Assembly: GCA_027023405.1 (NCBI GenBank)
Contig: JALVVN010000044.1
Span: 102-64,101 of the forward strand
Direction of reading: 5' to 3'
Source: Campylobacterales bacterium
Lineage (GTDB): Bacteria > Campylobacterota > Campylobacteria > Campylobacterales > QNZT01
Length of the DNA: 64,000 nt
The notes under the pieces are model-generated. The model saw nothing but the letters and a program-made list of their open reading frames with translations. It did not search any database and was not told the origin of the DNA. The first letter of the stretch is position 1, and each line of letters starts with the position of its first letter. Shown piece after piece: positions 55,150 to 64,000 of this stretch. The position numbers were made by a program, and so were the translations under genes.

Positions 55150-55956
55150 TTATAATTTTATATCACGAGGGTAGAGAAAATCATGCCCGATGGTGCGGGA
55201 GGTGATTTTGGCGATAATAGGCGGTTTGCGTTTGAATTGGTTTCGATAGATCCGCGCTAGAAGCATCTCGACCAGTGCCGGTTCATAGCCCCTTTCGAGC
55301 AACTCTTCACGGCTGAGTCGATCTTCGACATAGGCTTTGAGCACTGCATCGATCTGCGCATAGGTGTAGCCGATCTCCGTTTCATCACTCTGCCCCTCCC
55401 AAAGATCAGCAGAAGGGGGTTTGTCAAGGATCGACTTGCAGACACCAAGATAATCGGCAAATTCAAAGATTTCGCTTTTGTAGAGATCGCCGATAGGATT
55501 GATCGCCGAAGCGAGATCGCCAAAGAGTGTACCGTAACCCAAAAGCAGTTCGCTTTTGTTGCTGGTACCCAACACCAGTGATCCCTCTCTGGCAGAGATG
55601 TCAAAAAGTATGGACATGCGCATTCTAGCCGAGAAGTTTCCGATGCGGAGTTTGTCACCGTCTTGGTAGCTTTCGTAGGCTTTGAGAAGCGGGGAAATAT
55701 CGATCGTCTCATAGGAAAGATCAAATTTTCCACACAGCTCCAACGCATCATCGATACTGCTTTGCGAAGAGTAGTGCGAGGGCATCATCACACAACGCAG
55801 ATGATCCCCAAACGCCTCTTTAGCAAGTACGGCGACGACTGCCGAGTCAATCCCGCCACTTAGACCGATCACGCCACCTTTGAGACCGGTTTTGAAGGTC
55901 TCCTCTTTCAGAAATGAGACAAGATGTTTCCGGATAAGTGCATACTTTTTTGACAT
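55150..55956 (-). CDS. nadE: NH3-dependent NAD+ synthetase
   Basis: PP-loop GLSGGIDSAVVAVLA. 268 aa. Confidence 0.92.
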   Translation of the reverse strand: MSKKYALIRKHLVSFLKEETFKTGLKGGVIGLSGGIDSAVVAVLAKEAFGDHLRCVMMPSHYSSQSSIDDALELCGKFDLSYETIDISPLLKAYESYQDGDKLRIGNFSARMRMSILFDISAREGSLVLGTSNKSELLLGYGTLFGDLASAINPIGDLYKSEIFEFADYLGVCKSILDKPPSADLWEGQSDETEIGYTYAQIDAVLKAYVEDRLSREELLERGYEPALVEMLLARIYRNQFKRKPPIIAKITSRTIGHDFLYPRDIKL

Positions 55957-56164
55957 AACTACCCTTTTGGTTTTGCAAATTTATTATACTAACGAATAGC
56001 TTAATGAACTCCTCTAAATCTATAAAAATCGATTAAGTTCTTGTTAAAAGTGTAGGAAATATTTAAATGAATCTGTGAAGTCAAATAAAAATAAAATTAT
56101 TTAAATTTTGTTCCTAATTCAAAGTTGTGTTACAATAGTCAAAAAGAGTGATAGGGGGATAAAA

Positions 56165-56758
56165 ATGAAAATATTGAAACAACCGATGGGCTCTTATCAA
56201 ACAAATTGTTATATTGTTTCCAAAAAAGAGGGGGAGTTGGTGATAGATCCGGGTGTCGGTGCCTTGAAGTGGTTAAAAAAACATCTTAAGAAACCGTTGG
56301 CGATTCTCAATACACACGGACATTTTGATCATGTGTGGAGTAATCAAGAGGTTAAAGAGCATTTTAAGATTCCACTCTATTGTCCCAAAGAAGATGCCTT
56401 TATGCTGGAAAAGGATCCCTTTGGGCAGGGGACACCGCCGAGCCGTGCAGATACGCTTGTGGAGGGGGATAGTAGCTATCGTATCGGTGAATTTGAAGTG
56501 CACTACCTCCATATGCCGGGGCATACACCCGGAAATTCGGTTATTATTATCGGAGATGCAATGTTTAGCGGGGATTTTGTCTTTCAAAATTCTATCGGAA
56601 GAGTCGATTTTCCCTACTCTAATCCCTCTGATATGAAGCAGAGTATCAAAAAGTTTCTCACACTTAAAGAAGATAAGACAATTTATCCCGGGCATGGGGA
56701 GAATACCAGCGTGAAGATCGAGCAGGGACGGATTGGGAATTGGTTGCATTATATATAA
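56165..56758 (+). CDS. MBL-fold metallo-hydrolase (glyoxalase II-like)
   Basis: Trimmed to MKILKQPMGSYQTNCYIV. THGHFDH metal motif and a later PGHTPG. Confidence 0.85.
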   Translation: MKILKQPMGSYQTNCYIVSKKEGELVIDPGVGALKWLKKHLKKPLAILNTHGHFDHVWSNQEVKEHFKIPLYCPKEDAFMLEKDPFGQGTPPSRADTLVEGDSSYRIGEFEVHYLHMPGHTPGNSVIIIGDAMFSGDFVFQNSIGRVDFPYSNPSDMKQSIKKFLTLKEDKTIYPGHGENTSVKIEQGRIGNWLHYI

Positions 56759-56832
56759 GTATAAGGGAAATTTAAGTCTAAACAAGTACTATTGGAAAAA
56801 GATTATTATTTGATACTCTAAGGAGAAAGATT

Positions 56833-57237
56833 GTGAAGCATTCAGAAGAGCTACTGCGCTCTCACGGCATCAAGGTCACACCGCAACGATTGACGATTGT
56901 CGATGAACTCTATGGGAGGATTCATTTGAGTATTGATGAGCTCTATATGGCGATCAAAGAGAAGTTTCCCTCTATCTCACTTGCGACGGTCTATAAAAAT
57001 ATCAATGCGATGATGGAGAAGCGATTTATTAAAGAGGTCAAGATTCCCAATCAAAAATCGCGTTATGAACTCATCAAAGAGCCTCACTCTCATGTGGTAT
57101 GTCAAAAGTGCGGTAAAGTGGAGGATGTTCATATCGATCTTTCCACCGTTGCCAAAGAGGCGATGGAGAAGAGCCGATATCACATCAATGAAGATGCCTT
57201 GATTTTTACGGGTGTATGCCCGGAGTGTGCCTCTTAA
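56833..57237 (+). CDS. perR: Fur-family transcriptional regulator, PerR-like
   Basis: KVTPQRLTIVDEL...FPSISLATVYKNINAM, HSHVVCQKCGKVEDV and GVCPEC. Closely resembles the Campylobacter PerR pattern. GTG start. Confidence 0.75.
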   Translation: MKHSEELLRSHGIKVTPQRLTIVDELYGRIHLSIDELYMAIKEKFPSISLATVYKNINAMMEKRFIKEVKIPNQKSRYELIKEPHSHVVCQKCGKVEDVHIDLSTVAKEAMEKSRYHINEDALIFTGVCPECAS

Positions 57238-57243
57238 GGGCAT

Positions 57244-57990
57244 CTAAAGCTCGGCAATTCCGTCGATAAATTTTCGGATGATGGGGTTATCCGTCTTTCT
57301 AAAAAATTCCGGCTCTCGAGCTGCCAACACTTTGCCGTCATAGAGCATAATCATCTGATCGGCAATCTTAAAACTCTCCTTGATATCATGACTAATGACG
57401 ACTGAAGTGGTGCCAAGCTCTCTTTGGAGTTTGACAATCAGGCGAGAGATGAGATCGCTGGCGATGGGATCGAGACCGCTAGTTGGTTCATCATAGAGGA
57501 TGATATCGGGTTTGAGGATAATGGTTCGTGCGATTGCGGCGCGTTTTTGCATACCGCCACTTAGCTCATCTGGATAGAGATGTAGCACCTCATCAGGTTT
57601 TAAACCAACAAGTTCGATCGCTTTTTTGACTTCATGATCGATCTCTTTTTTGGAGAGTGTCGTGTGCTCTCTAAGGGGAAAGGCGACATTGTCATAAATG
57701 GTCATACTATCAAAGAGGGCACCGAATTGGAATGCAAATCCAATCTTTTTACGAAGTTCTAAAAGCCCCTCTTGATCGAGAGATCCGACATCCATTCCCT
57801 CTACGATCACCTTTCCTTTTGTAGGTTTGATGAGTCCAACCATGAGTTTGATAACTGTTGATTTTCCGGTGCCTGAGGGTCCCATCACCACTGCCACGCT
57901 TCCCTCTTCGATCTCAAAAGAGATACCTCGAAGCACCTTTTTCTTACCAAAATATTTGTGCACATCTTTAAATGCGATAATCGTACTCAT
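57244..57990 (-). CDS. ABC transporter ATP-binding protein, MlaF-like
   Basis: Walker A GPSGTGKST, LSGGMQKRAAIARTI, ILYDEPTSGLDP. 248 aa. Confidence 0.8.
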   Translation of the reverse strand: MSTIIAFKDVHKYFGKKKVLRGISFEIEEGSVAVVMGPSGTGKSTVIKLMVGLIKPTKGKVIVEGMDVGSLDQEGLLELRKKIGFAFQFGALFDSMTIYDNVAFPLREHTTLSKKEIDHEVKKAIELVGLKPDEVLHLYPDELSGGMQKRAAIARTIILKPDIILYDEPTSGLDPIASDLISRLIVKLQRELGTTSVVISHDIKESFKIADQMIMLYDGKVLAAREPEFFRKTDNPIIRKFIDGIAEL

Positions 57991-58805
57991 TTTTCTGTTA
58001 CCTTTGCGATAAAACCACGATCAAAACCTGCTAAGTCTTGATAAAATGCAATATCTTGCACCCCTTTTGCTTGCAGATAGTTTTGCATGGACTTCTTTTG
58101 ATCATACCCCATTTCACAACATAGATAGCTGACGCCTTTATCACAGGCAAGATCGATGATATCTTTCAGTATCTCATCCCCTTTTTGACCGCCGAAGAGC
58201 GCCTCTTTCGGTTCATAGGAGAGTTTATGTTCGAGCGGAGCATTGTGCGCGATATAGGGAGGATTTGAGACGATGATATCAGGGGTGCCATCCACTTTTT
58301 CAAGATAGGGTGAGTGGATGAGTGAGATGCGATCGGAGAGATGAAAAAGCGAGAGATTGGTTTGCGCAATTTTCAGGGCATCAGGGCTGATATCGGTTGC
58401 AATGATTTTGGCATCGGGAAGTAGTTTAGCAAGCATCACAGCGATGATCCCGCTACCGGTGCCAATTTCAGCGATGGTTGGATGAGAGAAGTGTCGTGCG
58501 ATTTCAACGGTTTTATCGATGAGTATTTCGCTTTCGGGACGGGGAATGAGGGCACCTTTTTGGATGAAAAATGTCTCACGATAAAAGCTCACCGTCTGCG
58601 TCAGATATTCGATCGGCTCCCCTTGTTGGGCGCGATCCACAAGTGCAAAATAGCCGACTTCATCCTCGATTAAATTATCATCATGTGCAATCAGCGTCAG
58701 GCGATCGCTTTGGAGGTGGGAGGCAAGTAGGATCTGCGCCTCTTTGGGAGGTATCTTAGTAGAGGCGAGGGAGAGTGCCTCTCTAATCGTCATCGATTTT
58801 TTCAC
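57987..58805 (-). CDS. prmC: peptide chain release factor N5-glutamine methyltransferase
   Basis: SAM motif EIGTGSGII and the catalytic IVSNPPYI. Confidence 0.88.
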   Translation of the reverse strand: MKKSMTIREALSLASTKIPPKEAQILLASHLQSDRLTLIAHDDNLIEDEVGYFALVDRAQQGEPIEYLTQTVSFYRETFFIQKGALIPRPESEILIDKTVEIARHFSHPTIAEIGTGSGIIAVMLAKLLPDAKIIATDISPDALKIAQTNLSLFHLSDRISLIHSPYLEKVDGTPDIIVSNPPYIAHNAPLEHKLSYEPKEALFGGQKGDEILKDIIDLACDKGVSYLCCEMGYDQKKSMQNYLQAKGVQDIAFYQDLAGFDRGFIAKVTEK

Positions 58806-59991
58806 CTAGTGCTCTGAGTCGTTGGATGAGTGGCGGATGGGTGTAGTAGAACCACTCAAAGAGTTTGGATGTTTTTGGGAAGCTTTTGTTTTCGTTGGCA
58901 AGTTTTTTCAGCGCACTTGCCAAAGTCGCTTTGCTCTGCATCGCACTACCAAATTCATCAGCCTTGTACTCATTGTGACGACTGACAATCCCCATCAACG
59001 GCATATAGAAAAAGGAGATAATCGGGCTAAAGATCAAAAAGAGTGCGATAATAGAGTAGGGGGCATTATGAACGCCAATCGCATCAAAGAGGGATTGAGG
59101 AAGGTTGCCAAAGAGCGCAAACATAATGAGGAGCAGACCACCTGTAAGTGCGATATTTTTGAGGATATCTTTATGTTTGAAGTGCCCGAGTTCATGCCCC
59201 AGAACACTTAGAAGCTCATTTTTTTCCAGTTTTTGGATCAGGGTATCAAAGAGAACCACCCGTTTTGATTTACCAAGACCGCCGAAATAGGCGTTGAGTC
59301 GATTGTCTCGTTTGCTGGCATCGATGGTAAAGACCCCGTCACTTTGCAGACCCACGCGCGCCAACAACGCTTCGATATCCTGTTTGAGCTCACTATCTTC
59401 GAGCGGGGTAAATTTGTTAAACAATGGTGCGATAAAGGTAGGGTAGATCATATTGATAATGAGTACGATTCCAAAAAGGAGTAAAAATCCCCAAAACCAC
59501 CAGTTGTGAACGGAGAGGATGATCTTGCTCAGAAGCCAAATGACTGCACCGCCAAAGAGGAGTGTCAAAGCGATTGCCTTGATTTGGTCGATGATAAATG
59601 TTTTGGCATCAATGGTGGAAAATCCAAACTTTTTATCCAGATAGAAACTTTGATAGATGGAAAAAGGGAGTGAAACAAGATAGTTGATCCCTAAAAAAAG
59701 CGACACATATACTACGCTTTTGAGAGCAATATCATCAATATTGATGAGTTGATCGAGCCATTTGAGACCAAAACCGATCCAAAAGATAAACGACGCATAA
59801 TCGACGAGATCACTGAGCATACTCATCCGTTGCGTTTTGATTTTGTATTCAGCAGCCTTGACATAGTTGGAGGGGAGGAGAATGACAGGGGTGTCATATT
59901 TTGCTTTGCTGACATATCCTACCTCCATCACAGAGATATAGACTTTGAGTAGAATGTAGAGAAAATAGATGATACCGATGGTTAATAACAT
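58783..59991 (-). CDS. M48-family (Ste24/HtpX-like) zinc metalloprotease
   Basis: Multi-TM N-terminal half, then HELGHFKH (HExxH) and a downstream E/H region. Confidence 0.85.
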   Translation of the reverse strand: MLLTIGIIYFLYILLKVYISVMEVGYVSKAKYDTPVILLPSNYVKAAEYKIKTQRMSMLSDLVDYASFIFWIGFGLKWLDQLINIDDIALKSVVYVSLFLGINYLVSLPFSIYQSFYLDKKFGFSTIDAKTFIIDQIKAIALTLLFGGAVIWLLSKIILSVHNWWFWGFLLLFGIVLIINMIYPTFIAPLFNKFTPLEDSELKQDIEALLARVGLQSDGVFTIDASKRDNRLNAYFGGLGKSKRVVLFDTLIQKLEKNELLSVLGHELGHFKHKDILKNIALTGGLLLIMFALFGNLPQSLFDAIGVHNAPYSIIALFLIFSPIISFFYMPLMGIVSRHNEYKADEFGSAMQSKATLASALKKLANENKSFPKTSKLFEWFYYTHPPLIQRLRALGEKIDDD

Positions 59992-61934
59992 TAGCGCTCC
60001 AATGCTTTTTTGAGAATAGGGATAAAGGTATGAGCGGGTTTAAACCCAACAACTTGCAAATCTTTCTGCTCCTCTTTTTTAGGATTGTAAAAGATGATTG
60101 CCGGAGGTCCTACGATACCAAAGCTCTTTTGTAGCGCCTTGTCATCTTTACTATTTTTCGTCACATCAACGCGAAGTAGGGTAAATTTTTTCATCAACGA
60201 TGCAACTTTTGGATCAGCAAAAGTCTCCTCCTCCAACTCTTTACATGCGGCGCACCACTTCGCGGAAAAATCGATCAAGATTGGCTTTTGAGATGCAACA
60301 ATCGCTTTTGCGAGTTCTCGCTTGGTTTTGACAATCTGAAAGGAGGGTGTTTCAAGTGGCTCTATTGCATGGCTTTCCCCTGCGCGCGCATGTAGATTGG
60401 CAAGCGGATCGAGAATACTTTTACCGCCCAAAAAGGCACCGAAAAAGAGGATGATACCATAGCTAAGCAGTACAACGGCTATGACTTTGAGAAATTTACC
60501 CAATCCACTCACCCCTTCGGCAAACGGTTCCATTGCACCGGCATAGACACCGCTGGCGATAAAGAGTAGCGCCCAAAGGAGCATTGTCGCTTGTTCTGGT
60601 AGGATACGAGAGAGGAAACTGATAGCAATTCCCAACATGACGACACCAAAGATATAGGAGACTTTTGTCATCCAACCTCCCGGTTTAGGCATAAATTTAC
60701 CCCCGCCCAGTCCGATGAGAAGTAGTGGTGCACCCATTCCAAGACCCAATAAAAAGAGTGCCAATCCACCTAAAACAATATCCCCGGTTTGTCCGATAAA
60801 GATCAGTGCAGCAGCAAGTGGCGGTGCCACACACGGTCCGACAATCAGTGCGGAGAGAGCACCCATAATCGCTACTCCTATAATACCGCCTCCTTTGGAG
60901 GATTCAGATTTTTGATTGGCGAAATTTTGCAGTTTTTGAGGAAGTTGAATTTCATAATATCCAAACATCGAAAAGGCTAGAGTGACAAAGATGAGGGAGA
61001 AGAGGATGATTACCCACGGATTTTGCATCGCAGAGAGGATATTTGCGCCAAAAAGTGCCGATAATACCCCTGCAATCGCATAGACAAGTGCAGCGGCGAC
61101 AATATAGACAAGGGAGAGAAAAAATCCTCGTTTTGCACTCATATGTCCGCTCTGCTTCGACTCGAGCGTGATGATCGAGGAGAGGATCGGGATCATCGGG
61201 AAGATGCAAGGGGTAAAGGCGAGTCCCAAACCAAGAAGAAAAAAGAGCCCCAAGATAACGAAAAATGAACTATTTTTGAGAATATGAAGAAGTTTGTTTT
61301 GATCAAGATCAGCGAGTTTGGTACTTTTTTCTTGAGGTGCGGTAACAGATTGTGTTACCGCTTTGGGAGTTGTGACTTTGACCGGCTCTACCTTTGGGGG
61401 TATTTCCTGTTTTTCTTGTTCATTTGGTTTTGGTGTTGTTGTCTCTACGGGTCTCTCTACACCCCATAATGACTCCTCCTTTTTAACTTGTTTGGATGCT
61501 TTTTTGATCAGATGTCCCGACGCATCAAAGGCATAGATTGGATGTTTGGGTGGATAGCAGAGCCCTTTGGTAGAACAGCCCTGATACTCGAGTTGGAGTT
61601 TGAAGGGTTTTTTACCGATCTTTTTTCGGATAAGAGCGAGTGGAATATTGACATCGATACCCTTAAAATGAACGATAAATTCATCATGTTTGGTTGGTTT
61701 GGGTAGTTTGAGGTTGGGATTTAGCAAAATCTTTTTAGGTTCAAGCAGTCGATATTTGAGTTTGTCATGATAGACATAGATCCCGTCAGCCAATTGAATA
61801 TGTGTGTGAATGACTTTGTCTTTCGTTTCTACCGAAGGCTTAAAGGCTTGATCCACACTCAGTATGCCATCTTCTGAAAGCGCAAAGAGTGTTGTTTGAA
61901 GTATCAGTAAAAAGAGTAATAGATATCTCCTCAT
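59991..61934 (-). CDS. dsbD: thiol:disulfide interchange protein DsbD
   Basis: Trimmed to MRRYLLLFLLILQTTLFAL (the ATG at 61934). Alpha domain Cys pair region (QGCSTKGLCYPP), CcdA-like core (FTPCIFPMIP, VGPCVAPPL), and C-terminal thioredoxin WCAACK. Confidence 0.88.
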   Translation of the reverse strand: MRRYLLLFLLILQTTLFALSEDGILSVDQAFKPSVETKDKVIHTHIQLADGIYVYHDKLKYRLLEPKKILLNPNLKLPKPTKHDEFIVHFKGIDVNIPLALIRKKIGKKPFKLQLEYQGCSTKGLCYPPKHPIYAFDASGHLIKKASKQVKKEESLWGVERPVETTTPKPNEQEKQEIPPKVEPVKVTTPKAVTQSVTAPQEKSTKLADLDQNKLLHILKNSSFFVILGLFFLLGLGLAFTPCIFPMIPILSSIITLESKQSGHMSAKRGFFLSLVYIVAAALVYAIAGVLSALFGANILSAMQNPWVIILFSLIFVTLAFSMFGYYEIQLPQKLQNFANQKSESSKGGGIIGVAIMGALSALIVGPCVAPPLAAALIFIGQTGDIVLGGLALFLLGLGMGAPLLLIGLGGGKFMPKPGGWMTKVSYIFGVVMLGIAISFLSRILPEQATMLLWALLFIASGVYAGAMEPFAEGVSGLGKFLKVIAVVLLSYGIILFFGAFLGGKSILDPLANLHARAGESHAIEPLETPSFQIVKTKRELAKAIVASQKPILIDFSAKWCAACKELEEETFADPKVASLMKKFTLLRVDVTKNSKDDKALQKSFGIVGPPAIIFYNPKKEEQKDLQVVGFKPAHTFIPILKKALER

Positions 61935-62019
61935 GAATATATGTTCCCCTCTTCTTAAGTTAAAGTAGTTGCAATTATAGCTCAAATAGAGTAAATGAAA
62001 AAGGTTGTTAGATGTGCGC

Positions 62020-62487
62020 TTAAGTAAGAACGCCTTTTTCATGTTCAAGTAACCACTGTTTGGTTTTTACACCTTGCCCGCCACTATACTCCCCTAAGCT
62101 TCCGTCATCTTTGAGTACACGGTGGCAGGGGACTATTACAGGAAAAGGATTGTGCTTCATCGCCGTTTCTACGGCACGCGAAGCTTTTGAATTTCCGGCG
62201 AGTGTTGCCAGCTCTTTATAGGTGGTAGTTGTACCATAGGGGATATGCATCAAGGCACGATAAACCTCTTTGGTAAAGTCAGAGCACTCAAAATGTAAAG
62301 GCAGGTTAAACTCTTTTCGTTTCCCCTCAAAGTATGCCTCTAACTGCCACTTCGCTTCCTGCAAAATTAGGCTCCCGTCTTCTGGGTGCTGATAATATTT
62401 TGCAAAGCGGATCGCCGTGAGCTTTTTCTCATACTCTTCAATCTCTAGCAATCCAATCGGTGTGTGTAGGTAAGTATACTTTTTCAT
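62020..62487 (-). CDS. ogt: methylated-DNA--protein-cysteine methyltransferase
   Basis: Trimmed to MKKYTYLHTPIGLLEIEE. Active site IVPCHRV. Confidence 0.88.
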   Translation of the reverse strand: MKKYTYLHTPIGLLEIEEYEKKLTAIRFAKYYQHPEDGSLILQEAKWQLEAYFEGKRKEFNLPLHFECSDFTKEVYRALMHIPYGTTTTYKELATLAGNSKASRAVETAMKHNPFPVIVPCHRVLKDDGSLGEYSGGQGVKTKQWLLEHEKGVLT

Positions 62488-62528
62488 ATCGGTGCTATAA
62501 TAGCACAAAAAATTTAATGGATCTATGG

Positions 62529-62894
62529 ATGAACAACAAACCACGCTACTCACTCATTAAAAATGCAAAATATGCAATTGATGGGCTTTTTTACGCGATA
62601 AAAAATGAAACCTCTTTTAAGATCGAACTTTTTATTACCCCCTTTATAGTAGGAGCGATCTATGTGAGCCCCTTTACATTGGAGCAAAAATTGATACTTT
62701 TTGTAACACTGATTCTGATTATGATTGCCGAACTTCTCAATGCGGGGATTGAAAATGTGGTCGATCTGGTGACACGGGAGTTTCACCCGTTGGCAAAAAG
62801 TGCCAAAGATATCGGGGCGACTGCCGTACTCTTTAGTGTCTTATTACACCTTAGCATTTGGGGTGTGTTGATCTTCAACCGTTTTGCCTCATGA
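62529..62894 (+). CDS. dgkA: diacylglycerol kinase / undecaprenol kinase family protein
   Basis: About 122 aa with three TM helices and the [12 protein letters not shown] motif. An alternative ATG lies at 62517. Confidence 0.8.
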   Translation: MNNKPRYSLIKNAKYAIDGLFYAIKNETSFKIELFITPFIVGAIYVSPFTLEQKLILFVTLILIMIAELLNAGIENVVDLVTREFHPLAKSAKDIGATAVLFSVLLHLSIWGVLIFNRFAS

Positions 62895-64000
62895 AGCGAC
62901 TCTTTTTCCTGCTCTCCTTTTCACTGCTAGCCACGGCGCAGACATCAAAAACAACAATTGCAAACCGACTGATAGATGAGGATTCTCCCTATCTGCAGCA
63001 ACACGCACACAATCCGGTTCACTGGTTTGCATGGGGTAAAGAGGCGTTTGAAAAGGCGAAAAAGGAGAATAAGCCGATCTTTTTGTCGATTGGGTATAGC
63101 ACTTGCCACTGGTGCCATGTGATGGAGCATGAATCGTTTGAAAATGAAGCGATTGCCAAGATATTAAACCAACACTATGTTGCCATCAAAGTGGATCGGG
63201 AGGAGCATCCCGATCTCGATCAATATTACCAAGACATCTATGTGGTGATGAACGGGCGAAGCGGTGGGTGGCCCTTGACGATGATCCTTACTCCCGATCG
63301 TAAACCCTATTTTAGTGCGACCTATTTACCGCCTGATGATCGTTACGGCGATGGTGGATTGGGAGCGATTTTAAAGCGAATGGCAAGACTCTATCGTGAG
63401 AGGCGATCGGATGTTCAAAAGCGTGCCGATTCGATCTTATCGGCGCTTCGAGCAGGAAAAAAACAGGGGCAAAACCCCATCATGATTTCCGGTGAAAAAG
63501 TCGCTAAACGATTTGTCCAAGAGGTGAAGTCTAGCTATGATCCTACCTATCACGGGATTGGAAGCGCACCGAAATTTCCTCATGCTACGACAATTGAAAC
63601 GCTTTTGGATATCTACCGTCTCTATGGTGATGAGGATGCCAAAATGATGGCATTTGGTATGTTGGATGCGATGGCAAAAGGGGGTATTTACGATCAGATT
63701 GAGGGAGGTTTTTTTCGCTATTCGACCGACGAACGATGGATGATTCCTCACTTTGAAAAGATGCTCTACACCAATGCGGAGCTTCTTGAAGCCTATGCAA
63801 ACGCCTATGCGCTCGATCACAAAGTAAGATACAAGCAGGTGATCGAAGAGACGATTGCGAATCTCAAAGAGCGATTTTTGCAGGAGGGACTCTATATGGG
63901 GGCGAGTGATGCTGATAGCGAGGGGAAGGAGGGGTATTACTTTCTTTTCTCTTATGACGAAGCGCTTAAGGCATTGACGCGTGGAGGATTTGCCAAAGAT
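62891..64000 (+). CDS. thioredoxin-domain protein of the YyaL/DUF255 family (3'-partial, runs off the window)
   Basis: My own translation gives [18 protein letters not shown]...[43 protein letters not shown]...[36 protein letters not shown]. The frame is open to position 64000. The ATG overlaps the dgkA stop. Confidence 0.85.
   Translation, partial: MKRLFFLLSFSLLATAQTSKTTIANRLIDEDSPYLQQHAHNPVHWFAWGKEAFEKAKKENKPIFLSIGYSTCHWCHVMEHESFENEAIAKILNQHYVAIKVDREEHPDLDQYYQDIYVVMNGRSGGWPLTMILTPDRKPYFSATYLPPDDRYGDGGLGAILKRMARLYRERRSDVQKRADSILSALRAGKKQGQNPIMISGEKVAKRFVQEVKSSYDPTYHGIGSAPKFPHATTIETLLDIYRLYGDEDAKMMAFGMLDAMAKGGIYDQIEGGFFRYSTDERWMIPHFEKMLYTNAELLEAYANAYALDHKVRYKQVIEETIANLKERFLQEGLYMGASDADSEGKEGYYFLFSYDEALKALTRGGFAKD

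Noticed and set aside
61935-62048. N-terminal extension of the dsbD ORF overlapping ogt, and similar long extensions at 827-937, 4509-4562, 5518-5640, 24660-24698, 24741-24776, 27676-27711, 56108-56164 and 62488-62553
   Set aside because: Internal start codons give proper signal peptides or family N-termini, better ribosome-binding sites, and remove the gene overlaps. The extensions have no coding character.
62488-62528. Very short (about 30-40 nt) divergent spacer between ogt and dgkA
   Set aside because: The dgkA start is ambiguous (62517 or 62529), and promoters may simply lie within the neighbouring coding sequences. Nothing here can be tested from the sequence alone.
1-64000. Looked for CRISPR arrays, rRNA/tRNA genes, riboswitch-like leaders and long intergenic tandem repeats
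   Set aside because: None were seen by eye. The intergenic regions are short (mostly under 210 nt, the longest about 320 nt) and contain only the hairpins and palindromes listed above. A covariance-model scan (tRNAscan or Rfam) would be needed to exclude small RNAs.

Overview
This 64-kb window looks like a Campylobacterota (epsilonproteobacterial) chromosome segment. The assignment is an inference from conserved gene orders (rplI-hslV-hslU-era, waaC next to an htrB/lpxL-type gene, and nadE, lpxK and thrC in one block), a PerR-like Fur regulator, and frequent ATGA/TAATG overlaps between neighbouring genes. The window is densely coding, with about 62 CDS. I found no rRNA, tRNA or CRISPR array.

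Most content is housekeeping:
- Phosphate uptake (PiT plus a DUF47 partner) and iron uptake (feoAB).
- xseA, tamAB, cca and LPS core/lipid A genes (waaC, lpxL-type, lpxK).
- rplI-hslVU-era, thrC, argB and nadE.
- perR, prmC, dsbD, ogt, dgkA and a 3'-partial yyaL-like gene.

Regions worth a second look:
1. A seven-gene MSHA/Cts-type type IV pilus or transformation-like module lies directly downstream of era (40825-48658). It lacks the MshM/CtsP slot and has no pilin genes. Its ATPase has an MshEN-like N-terminus whose c-di-GMP contact residues look degenerate.
2. A translationally coupled pair encodes a cytoplasmic NYN-LOTUS (OST-HTH) protein and a lipoprotein-type thermonuclease (23332-24659).
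3. An 11-kb, ten-gene minus-strand array starts with a TetR gene. It places an AhpD/CMD-like protein and a sulfide:quinone-oxidoreductase-like flavoprotein between an RND-TolC efflux system and a MacAB/DevABC-like ABC efflux system (6167-17219).
4. A frameshifted small beta-barrel gene is fused onto feoAB.
5. A very AT-rich MNT/HepT toxin-antitoxin cassette sits beside a truncated SagB/nitroreductase gene.
6. An IS3-family transposase remnant follows tamB.
7. A DegT-family protein lacks the canonical PLP-binding lysine.

All functional calls come from reading the translated ORFs by eye. No database search was run. I cannot show from sequence alone that any of these is a new system.
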